Below, piece after piece: positions 37,162 through 45,822 of a stretch of 64,000 nucleotides of DNA; positions within the stretch are counted from its first letter, which is position 1; every line of letters begins with the position of its first letter. This stretch comes from Acidobacteriota bacterium. GTDB lineage: Bacteria; Acidobacteriota; Vicinamibacteria; Vicinamibacterales; UBA2999. The notes under the pieces were generated by a model. The model worked only from the letters and a program-made list of their open reading frames with translations. It had not been told where the DNA came from and ran no database searches. The DNA lies in the NCBI GenBank assembly GCA_016871195.1, contig VFZN01000009.1:1451-65450 (forward strand). The letters are read 5' to 3'. The translations under genes and the position numbers were made by a program.

Positions 37162-37371
37162 ATGACTTGTCAGACGTGCGGCACCGAGATCGCGGACAAA
37201 GCACTCATCTGCTACCGCTGCGGCACAGCCACGGCGGCTCCTCGGGTGCCTCCTCCGGCCTCGCGTCGCGCTTCGGGAGGATTCCCGTGGCGGATCGCCG
37301 CCCTCGCGTTGCTGCTGCTCGCTGCGGCGGCCCTCTGGTGGTGGCTGCAGCGCGGGGCGCTGGCGTCGTGA
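37162..37371 (+). CDS. Small Zn-ribbon protein with C-terminal TM helix
   Basis: CQTC...CYRC followed by WRIAALALLLLAAAALWWWL. 69 aa. Diverges from the rhomboid gene across 22 nt. Confidence 0.55.
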   Translation: MTCQTCGTEIADKALICYRCGTATAAPRVPPPASRRASGGFPWRIAALALLLLAAAALWWWLQRGALAS

Positions 37372-37420
37372 TTGCGCGCGCCGGGTAACTGCGTCAGCGC
37401 CGTACCGCGGCGATGGTCGA

Positions 37421-38368
37421 TCAGCGCCGCGGACCCACGGCCCGGTTGTGCAAGTCGGGCAGGGAGGCCACCACGACATCGCCCACCACCTGGAGGCTTT
37501 GTGCACTCACCTGATCGAGCGTATCGGCCGCCGTATGCCACGCCGGATAGTCGAGGTCGATGATGTCGAGCGCCGGCACGCCGGCCTCGAGAAACGGCAT
37601 GTGGTCGTCTTCGACGGGGAATGGCTCGTCCAGAAAGTGCGCGCCGTGCCCGAGGCGCCGGGCGGTCGCCCAGACAATGTCGGTCATCCAGCGCGTCGAG
37701 TTGGTGTCGCGTCGCACGTTGAGCGAGCGGTCGCCAATCATGTCGAGCAGCACAAGACCGCGGACGCTGCCGAGGGTACCGGCCTGTCGTGCCGCGGCGA
37801 CATAGTGACGGCTGCCGTAGGTGTGGTTGGGGGCGACCCATTCGCCCCAGGCTTCCTCGCCGTCGAAAAACACGAACTCGGTTGTCAGCGGTAGGGGCGG
37901 CCGCGCGTTCATGACGCGGGCCAGTTCGAGCAGTGCTCCGGTGGACGAGCCGCCGTCGTTGGCACCGACGAAGCGGAAGTCCTGCACCGGTTTGCTGTCG
38001 AAGTGACTCGCCAGCAGGAACCGCTCCGCACGCTGGCCGGGCAGCGTCGCGATGACGTTGGTCATGCGGACGCGGCCGACCGGGGTGGCGGTCTCGAACG
38101 ACTGTTCGACGGGTGCGTAGCCGTATTGCTTCAGCGTGGCGATGATGTGCGCGCGGGCGCGGGCATTGGCGGCAGACCCGGCAGGGCGAGGCCCGAAGGC
38201 GACCTGCTCGCGCACCAGCGCCATCGCACGCGTACTGTCGAACGTGGCGGGGCCCGCGGGAGGGGAGGCCGGGCGCTGAGTGGCGGCGAGCGGGACCAGA
38301 GAGAGGATCCCGCTCGCCAGCAGCAGTGCGACCGATGAGGCGAGTGGCCGGCGCCGTATCGCAGTCAT
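37421..38368 (-). CDS. M28 family peptidase / glutaminyl-cyclase-like
   Basis: Signal peptide. HFDSK...GANDGGSSTGALLELAR...FFDGEE...LDMIGD...H metal-ligand pattern. Confidence 0.8.
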   Translation of the reverse strand: MTAIRRRPLASSVALLLASGILSLVPLAATQRPASPPAGPATFDSTRAMALVREQVAFGPRPAGSAANARARAHIIATLKQYGYAPVEQSFETATPVGRVRMTNVIATLPGQRAERFLLASHFDSKPVQDFRFVGANDGGSSTGALLELARVMNARPPLPLTTEFVFFDGEEAWGEWVAPNHTYGSRHYVAAARQAGTLGSVRGLVLLDMIGDRSLNVRRDTNSTRWMTDIVWATARRLGHGAHFLDEPFPVEDDHMPFLEAGVPALDIIDLDYPAWHTAADTLDQVSAQSLQVVGDVVVASLPDLHNRAVGPRR

Positions 38369-38383
38369 CGGCAGAGTCGTGCG

Positions 38384-39670
<1,287 letters not shown>

Positions 39671-39737
39671 AGCGTAAATCTGCTTCATTGTAGTCCAGCG
39701 CCCGCGTCGTCTGCGCACGGGAACGCCTGCGTGTTTC

Positions 39738-39765
39738 ATGCATTGTATGCATGGATGTCATGCAT
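39738..39765. promoter_or_regulatory. Three ATGCAT palindromes in gltA upstream region
   Basis: ATGCAT at 39738-39743, 39747-39752 and 39760-39765, in an AT-rich island. On the minus strand they overlap a TACAAT -10-like hexamer. Confidence 0.35.
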
Positions 39766-39804
39766 GAATAAGGGCGGGGTCCATCGTGGCCGCAGACGGA
39801 ACGG

Positions 39805-40500
39805 TCAGTCCTCAGAGGCGTCTGCGCGAGGGCCGGCGGGAGGCTGGTGGCGCACATCCCTGGCCGAGACCATGAAGACCACAGCTTCGGCGATGTTGGC
39901 CGCATGGTCGCCGACCCGTTCCAGGTGCCGACCGGTCAGCAGCAGCGCCAGTGCCGGGGCGACCAACTCGGGCTGCCGTGCCATCACCCCCTGCAGGTCG
40001 TCGGAGAGCTGACGGTTGAGGCGGTCCAGGTTCTCATCGGCGGCCAGCACGGCGGCGGCCCGCGTGGCGTCGCGGCGGGCACAGGCATCGAGGGCGTCCC
40101 GCAACATCGTGGCGGCGTGCTGTCCCATCCGTTCGACGAGCGAGGCCTGCGGGAGCGGCGCATGGCGCACCACCTCCTGCCCGCGCTGTGCAATGTTGAT
40201 GGCCAGGTCGCCGACGCGTTCAAGGTCGCTGTTCACCTTGAGGATGCCGACGACCATCCGCAGGTCGACGGCCACCGGCTGGTGCAGGGCGAGGATGGTC
40301 AGGCTGTGCGCATCGATGTCCCGCTGCAGGTCGTTGATGGGGCCGTCCTGCTGCAGCACGGTGTCGAGCACCGCGGACTGGCGTCCGACGACGCCGGCGA
40401 CGGCCTGACGGAGCTGTTCCTCGGCCAGCCCCCCCATGATGAGCAGTCGCCGAGTCAGGGCTTCGCGTTCCTCTTCGAAATGCCGGAGCAGTCGTTCCAT
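39805..40500 (-). CDS. phoU: Phosphate signalling complex protein PhoU
   Basis: Two PhoU repeats with DLERVGDLAINIA and HLERVGDHAANIAE. ATG 40500 gives 231 aa. The longer track ORF (to 40935) overlaps pstB. Confidence 0.85.
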   Translation of the reverse strand: MERLLRHFEEEREALTRRLLIMGGLAEEQLRQAVAGVVGRQSAVLDTVLQQDGPINDLQRDIDAHSLTILALHQPVAVDLRMVVGILKVNSDLERVGDLAINIAQRGQEVVRHAPLPQASLVERMGQHAATMLRDALDACARRDATRAAAVLAADENLDRLNRQLSDDLQGVMARQPELVAPALALLLTGRHLERVGDHAANIAEAVVFMVSARDVRHQPPAGPRADASED

Positions 40501-40517
40501 GGCGGGGTAGTGTCGGC

Positions 40518-41267
40518 TCAGCCGCAGCGGCCCGTGACGTAGTCTTCGGTCAGCCGTTCGGCCGGGGTGGTGAACACCCTGGCCGTCGGGCTGCATTCGA
40601 CGAGGCGACCCAGCCAGAGGAACGCGGTCTGATCCGAGACGCGCGCCGCCTGTCGCACGCTGTTGGTGACCAGCACGATCGTCAGCCGCTGGCGCAGCGT
40701 GTAGATCAGCGACTCGATGCGCTGTGTCGCGACCGGGTCGAGTCCTGCCGCGGGGTCGTCGAGTAGCAGCAGCTCGGGGCCCAGGGCCAGGGCCCTCGCC
40801 ATGGTCAGCCGCCGTCGCTGGCCGGCCGTCAGCCCCTCGGCTGGCCCGTCGAGCTGATCCTTCACCTCGTCCCAGAGGTGCACCTCGCGCAGCGCCTCTT
40901 CGACCCGGGTCAGGCGGGCGCGCTCGGTGCGCCACTGACCGCTGACCCGCAGTCCGTAGGTCATGTTGTCCATGACGGTGCCCGGCAGCAGGGCGGTGTC
41001 GGCACCGACCAGCCCGACACGCCGGCGGAGGTCGGTGACCCGCAGGCCTGACGTGAAGATCGACGCCCCCTGCAGCCGCACGTCGCCCTCAATGCGCACG
41101 GAAGGCAGCAGCGAAATCATCCGGTTGATGGTGCGCAGCAGCGTGGACTTGCCGCACCCGGTCGGACCGATGACGGCGGTCACGGTGCCGGCAGAAATGT
41201 TGAGCGAGACGCCGTCGATGGCCCTCACGCCACCCACGTGCACCGTGAGGCGCTCAGTCTCCAGCAT
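40518..41267 (-). CDS. pstB: Phosphate ABC transporter ATP-binding protein PstB-like
   Basis: GPTGCGKSTLLRTINRM Walker A context, LTAGQRRRLTMARAL signature and LLLLDDP Walker B. The ATG overlaps the permease stop (TGATG). Confidence 0.85.
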   Translation of the reverse strand: MLETERLTVHVGGVRAIDGVSLNISAGTVTAVIGPTGCGKSTLLRTINRMISLLPSVRIEGDVRLQGASIFTSGLRVTDLRRRVGLVGADTALLPGTVMDNMTYGLRVSGQWRTERARLTRVEEALREVHLWDEVKDQLDGPAEGLTAGQRRRLTMARALALGPELLLLDDPAAGLDPVATQRIESLIYTLRQRLTIVLVTNSVRQAARVSDQTAFLWLGRLVECSPTARVFTTPAERLTEDYVTGRCG

Positions 41268-42454
41268 CACGACCGACGCTCCCGAGCCGAGTCTGGCGTG
41301 GGTCTCAGCCAGACGGCCACCAGGGAGAGGCCGGCGAGCAGCCAGATCACGGGGGGAACCACGGGCATGACGAGCGGAGGGGCAGTGGCGAGCCCGTGGA
41401 CCTGCAGGCCGGGCAGGGGCATCCAGCGCACCCCGAGGGTGCGCACCCACGACGGCAAGGCAGAGGGGTGGCTGACGGCCATGCCGATGGCCACGAAGGG
41501 CAGCCACTCGAGCGTTGCCCGAGTGAACGCACCCGTCAGATAACGCACCATGGGACGGGCGGCCGCCGGCAATACTAGCGAGCGGAGCGTCTGTCGTCGA
41601 CTGGCCCCGAGGGCGCGCGAGGCCTCGCGAAGTGATGCCGGCACGGTCGCCAGCGCCGAGCGAACCGCCATCGCCGCGTGCGGTCCCAGCAGCAGGGCAA
41701 ACAGCAGGGCGGCCGACGAGGCATCGGGCGGGGTGCGTCCCGTCGCGGTGACTACCGCAACGAGCAGCACGGCGTAGACGAGGGGCGGCAGCGCCGACAG
41801 CCAGGCGATCACGAGGTCAATGGGCGTCGTCCATGACGAGCCCTCGGCGAAGTCTTCGACATAGATACCGACCAGCGTGCTCACCGCGAGCGTGGCCGTT
41901 CCGGCGATGAAGACCAGCGGGCCAAGCCCGAACGCCTCCCCACCCGGCGACAGCAGCGCCGTGTCAGGCTGCGACCCGGTGGCGGCTTGCAGCAGGCCGA
42001 CGGTCAGCAGGGCGCCGAGCCCCTGGGCGCCAGACGCCAGCGCCGCACCTGCCACGGCCGGCAGCGCCGCGGGCAGCACGAGGGTCAGCGCGATCGACAG
42101 CGACCCAGCTCCCAGTGCCGCTGCCGCATCCCGCAGCGGGGGTGTCACGCCGTGGAAAATCCGGTCGCACTGCATAGTCAGCACCGGCACCACCACGACC
42201 ACCAGCAGCATCGGGTTCGCCCCTACGGATGCCGCGACGCCAGACGCTGACAGGGCCGTGAGCACGGCGGCGGCGATCACCACGGTGGGCACTGTGCCCG
42301 CAAGGCCGAGCACGCGTCGCAGCAGCCCGCCGAGCCCCTGCGGCACCCGCTGCAGCGTGAGTGCCACCCCGACCGCAATGGCGACCGACGCGGCCAGTGC
42401 CAGCACGGCTGCCCCCAACATATCGGGCATCGACGGCGCAGGGAGAGCCGACAT
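41267..42454 (-). CDS. Fused, shortened PstC/PstA-like ABC permease with two EAA loops
   Basis: EAA-type loops at aa ~105-135 (PPLRDAAAALGAGSLSIALTLVLPAALP) and aa ~272-305 (VPASLREASRALGASRRQTLRSLVLPAAARP) in only 395 aa. Confidence 0.6.
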   Translation of the reverse strand: MSALPAPSMPDMLGAAVLALAASVAIAVGVALTLQRVPQGLGGLLRRVLGLAGTVPTVVIAAAVLTALSASGVAASVGANPMLLVVVVVPVLTMQCDRIFHGVTPPLRDAAAALGAGSLSIALTLVLPAALPAVAGAALASGAQGLGALLTVGLLQAATGSQPDTALLSPGGEAFGLGPLVFIAGTATLAVSTLVGIYVEDFAEGSSWTTPIDLVIAWLSALPPLVYAVLLVAVVTATGRTPPDASSAALLFALLLGPHAAMAVRSALATVPASLREASRALGASRRQTLRSLVLPAAARPMVRYLTGAFTRATLEWLPFVAIGMAVSHPSALPSWVRTLGVRWMPLPGLQVHGLATAPPLVMPVVPPVIWLLAGLSLVAVWLRPTPDSARERRS

Positions 42455-42490
42455 TCCTTGAGACTACCCCTGTTCCCGGTGACCGGTTCG

Positions 42491-44110
42491 TTACCGTCGT
42501 GTTAAATCGGCGAGCAGATGGCGCCTGGCCGGAAGGCGTTGGGTCCGGCTGCGGGAGGCAGCGCGCTCGGCCTGCTCCTGCTGAATCTTTGCCAGGACGA
42601 CGGGCTTGCCGAGCGCGTCCTCGAGCACGGGCAACTGGCGGCGAGTCGCCCAGGCCTCGAGTTCCGCATCGCCGCTCACGGTCAGGTGCAGCCGGAGATC
42701 GGGGCCACGGTCGCGCAGGCTGAGCGCGTGCACCACGCCGTGACGTGAACGATCGAGCGTCTCGGCCAGGCGCAGGAACGCAGAGAGCACCCGCACGCGG
42801 CGGCGGTCCGCGGTGTCGAGATCCGCAAATCCCTCATGGTCGCGTTTGGGCGCGGAGCGACGGTGATACCGGGCGATGAGCGCGATGAGATCAATTTCCC
42901 GGGGCTCGAACCCTCGCAGGTCGCCGTGCTTGATGAGGTAGTGCGAGTGCCGATGGTGCCGCTCGAAGCTGATGTGATTGCCAATGTCGTGCAGCAGCGA
43001 GGCATACTCGAGCCACTCGCGTTCGGCATCGCCATACCCATGCAGGCGTCGGGTCTCATCGAACATCATCAAGGCCAGCCGCGACACCTGCCGCGCGTGC
43101 GCATCTTCCCAGTGGCACCGCTCGGCGAGTTCCATCACCGAACGCCGACGGACGTCCGGATACTGATCGACGCGCGCAATGTCGGAGGCATGCTGGCGGA
43201 TGTAGTCGAGAATCACGCCCTCGCGAAGCGCCAGATCGCACAGCGTCAGCTCGCGAGCCCCGAGCCGGCTCAGCAGGGTGTCGAGCAGGATGGCGCCGGC
43301 CACGACCAGGTCGGCGCGCTTGGGATCAAGCCCGGGAATTTGCAGCCGGGCGTCGAGATCGAGTGAGGTGACCAGCTTCCTGACCTGCCGGATGGCCCTG
43401 GCAGACACGCGCAGATTGCGCAATTCGTCAGGGGGCGCCCCGCGTCCAAGGGTGGCCGCCAGCTGCCCGACCGAGAGGACCGTCCCTGACGTGCCGACGA
43501 CCCGGCCACCTCCCGCGCCGGTGATGAGCGTGACGTACTCATCGATTTCCTGCCGGATGAACGCGACCAGGCGGCGCTCGTCTCGGCGAGAGATCGGGTC
43601 TGACAGCACGAAGCGTTCCGTCAGCCGGATCACCCCGAGCTTGAACGAGCGCGCCAGGCGCGCCTCAGGGCCGCTGCCAAGCGTGAGTTCCACGCTGCCG
43701 CCACCGATGTCGACAGCCACCACGGGCGCAGTGGTGTCGACCCCATAGACCACGGCGCGATGAATCAACCGGGCCTCTTCCGTGCCGGAAATCAGGCGGG
43801 GCCTGATGTTGGTATGTGTTTCGATGGCCGACAGGAAGGCGCCGCCGTTCTGGGCTTCGCGCGTCGCGCTGGTGGCGACGGCCAGCAATTGATCGACCTG
43901 ATGCGACCGGGCGAGGCGTTCGAATTTCGAGAGGGCCTGGAGGGCAGCGGTCTGCGGCGCTCGGGCCAGTTCGCCGCCGTCAAGGCCGCCACTGCCGAGG
44001 CGCACCATGTCCTTTTCGCGATCGATGATCTCAAACGACTGGTCGTCGCGCACCTGCACCACGATCATGTGCACCGAGTTGGTTCCGATGTCGATGGCGG
44101 CCAGTCGCAT
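42491..44110 (-). CDS. ppx: Ppx/GppA family exopolyphosphatase with C-terminal HD domain
   Basis: AAIDIGTNSVHMIV and VVAVDIGGGSVE actin-fold phosphate loops. HD region ASLLHDIGNHISFERHHRHS. Confidence 0.85.
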   Translation of the reverse strand: MRLAAIDIGTNSVHMIVVQVRDDQSFEIIDREKDMVRLGSGGLDGGELARAPQTAALQALSKFERLARSHQVDQLLAVATSATREAQNGGAFLSAIETHTNIRPRLISGTEEARLIHRAVVYGVDTTAPVVAVDIGGGSVELTLGSGPEARLARSFKLGVIRLTERFVLSDPISRRDERRLVAFIRQEIDEYVTLITGAGGGRVVGTSGTVLSVGQLAATLGRGAPPDELRNLRVSARAIRQVRKLVTSLDLDARLQIPGLDPKRADLVVAGAILLDTLLSRLGARELTLCDLALREGVILDYIRQHASDIARVDQYPDVRRRSVMELAERCHWEDAHARQVSRLALMMFDETRRLHGYGDAEREWLEYASLLHDIGNHISFERHHRHSHYLIKHGDLRGFEPREIDLIALIARYHRRSAPKRDHEGFADLDTADRRRVRVLSAFLRLAETLDRSRHGVVHALSLRDRGPDLRLHLTVSGDAELEAWATRRQLPVLEDALGKPVVLAKIQQEQAERAASRSRTQRLPARRHLLADLTRR

Positions 44111-44130
44111 GAAGGGTCTGAGGAACTGGC

Positions 44131-44144
44131 GTCAGTATACTGAC
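44131..44144. promoter_or_regulatory. Perfect 14-bp palindrome in ppx / lipid-kinase divergent intergenic region
   Basis: GTCAGTATACTGAC. It contains TATACT readable as a -10-like hexamer on both strands. Confidence 0.4.
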
Positions 44145-44150
44145 CACGCC

Positions 44151-45047
44151 GTGCGCGTGCTCGTCATCATCAATCCATTCTCCGGGGCCAGCCGGCGCCT
44201 GCCCGTACCCGCGCGAATCGCCCTGGCCACGCGGATGTTGCGCGAGGCGGGACACGAGCCTGACGTGCGGGTGACCACCGGACCTGACGATGCCACGAGG
44301 TGGGCGCAGGAGGCGGTCGAGGCCGGGATCGACCGGGTGGTGGCATGGGGAGGGGACGGCACGGTGAATGCGGTGGCCGCGGCGCTCATCGGGGCGCGCA
44401 CCAGTCTCGCGATTATCCGTGCGGGGTCAGGCAACGGCCTGGCGCGCGAACTCGGCATTCCGCGCGAGGCCGAACCGGCGATGCGCACCGCCGCCGGGCC
44501 GGCGACGCGCGTGATTGACGCCGCGCGGCTGAACGGTCGCTGGTTTGTGAATGTGGCCGGTGTGGGTTTCGACGCCGAGGTCGCACACGGCATCGCGCGC
44601 CCGGGGGCGCGTCGCGGACTGCTGGGCTATCTGTGGCTGATGGCGAGGCTCACGCCTGGCTACCGGCCCCGCGCCTACACGGTCAGCGTGGATGGCGAGG
44701 TGCTTGAGACACGGGCCTGGGTGGTGGCTCTGGCCAACGCCCGTCAGTATGGCCATGAGGCCATCGTGGCGCCGCAGGCCCGCCTCGATGATGGTGTGCT
44801 CGATGTCGTGGTGGTGGAACCCCCGCCACTCTGGCAGTTGATACGAGACCTGCCACGGCTGTTTTCAGGGCGCTTGCGGCCGGGCCCCTACCTGCACATG
44901 CGACAGGGGCGTGCCGTGCGAATCACGTGCGCCGAACAACGGCCGATGACTGCGCACGTCGATGGCGAACCGATGTTCGCCAGCGATGGCATCGACGCCG
45001 ACATCACGCCCGGCGCTCTGCGCGTGTGCGTCCCTGCGGGTCGGTAA
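44151..45047 (+). CDS. Diacylglycerol kinase-family lipid kinase (YegS/BmrU-like)
   Basis: VLVIINPFSG and VVAWGGDGTVNAV catalytic motifs. GTG 44151 is preferred over upstream in-frame starts that overlap ppx. Confidence 0.8.
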   Translation: MRVLVIINPFSGASRRLPVPARIALATRMLREAGHEPDVRVTTGPDDATRWAQEAVEAGIDRVVAWGGDGTVNAVAAALIGARTSLAIIRAGSGNGLARELGIPREAEPAMRTAAGPATRVIDAARLNGRWFVNVAGVGFDAEVAHGIARPGARRGLLGYLWLMARLTPGYRPRAYTVSVDGEVLETRAWVVALANARQYGHEAIVAPQARLDDGVLDVVVVEPPPLWQLIRDLPRLFSGRLRPGPYLHMRQGRAVRITCAEQRPMTAHVDGEPMFASDGIDADITPGALRVCVPAGR

Positions 45048-45749
45048 TCAGGCGAGGAACCGGTAGCCGAGGCCCACGACGGTTTCGATTTGCGGCCCGG
45101 CCGGCCCGAGCTTCGCCCGCAGGCGCCCGACGTGCACATCGACCGAGCGGGTTTCGATGACCTGGTCGTAGCCCCACACCCGCTCGAGGAGGCGGTCCCG
45201 CGACAGGACGCGGTTCCGGTTCTCGACGAGATACTTCAGCAGTTCGAATTCGCGACGGGTCAGGCGCACGGGGGCGCCGTCGACGGTAATCGACACGGCG
45301 TCAAAGTCGGCCACGAGGTGCCGTCCCCGATACACCTGCATCGCGGGCGCCTCGGCCGATTTGCCCCGCCGCAGGGCCGCGCGCACGCGGGCCGCCAGTT
45401 CACGCAGGCTGAAGGGTTTGGTGATGTAGTCGTCTGCTCCGGCATCGAGGCCGGTGACCCGATCAGACTCGCTGGCCATCGCCGTCAGCATGATGATGGG
45501 GACCTGTGCGGTGGCAGCGCGGGCCTTGAGCAGCCGGCAGACTTCCAGGCCACCGAGCACCGGCAGGTTGAGGTCGAGAATGATGACGTCGGGAGGCTGT
45601 TCCCCTGCGAGCTTGAGCGCCTGGTCGCCGCTCGTGGCTACCTCGACCGTGGCGATGCCGCCGCGCTCGAGCGCGTGCCGAATCAGCCCGGCGATTTCCT
45701 GTTCGTCTTCGACTACCAGCACCCGGGGACGGGTCGCGGCGGGGGTCAT
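45048..45749 (-). CDS. OmpR/PhoB-family response regulator (no adjacent kinase)
   Basis: Receiver VLVVEDE...DVIILDLNLP...ADDYITKPF plus a winged-helix C-terminus (LTRREFELLKYL...GLGYRF). GAGGGAGG Shine-Dalgarno upstream of the ATG. Confidence 0.85.
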   Translation of the reverse strand: MTPAATRPRVLVVEDEQEIAGLIRHALERGGIATVEVATSGDQALKLAGEQPPDVIILDLNLPVLGGLEVCRLLKARAATAQVPIIMLTAMASESDRVTGLDAGADDYITKPFSLRELAARVRAALRRGKSAEAPAMQVYRGRHLVADFDAVSITVDGAPVRLTRREFELLKYLVENRNRVLSRDRLLERVWGYDQVIETRSVDVHVGRLRAKLGPAGPQIETVVGLGYRFLA

Positions 45750-45795
45750 ACCTCCCTCACGGTATCGGTCGGAGGTTTCTTTCCCGTGACGAACC

Positions 45796-45814
45796 CGTTA
45801 ATTGTGGGTTACGG
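45796..45814 (-). promoter_or_regulatory. TAATTGT-N2-GTTAC-GG element upstream of orphan response regulator
   Basis: Plus-strand CGTTAATTGTGGGTTACGG. The minus strand reads GTAACC-cacaa-TTAACG, a direct repeat with 11-bp phasing. A near-copy lies at 55610-55626. Confidence 0.35.
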
Positions 45815-45822
45815 CCGTGACG

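Noticed and set aside
40501-40935. Long 5' extensions of phoU (to 40935), pstB (to 41507), the histidine kinase (to 55041) and the response regulator (to 55735)
   Set aside because: Each extension overlaps the upstream gene and translates to Arg/Pro/Ala-rich sequence. Internal ATGs give canonical family N-termini and operon-like spacing.
44109-44111. ATG at 44109 as start of the lipid-kinase gene
   Set aside because: It would overlap the divergent ppx start codon (44108-44110), leaving no promoter space. GTG 44151 immediately precedes the conserved VLVIINPFSG motif.
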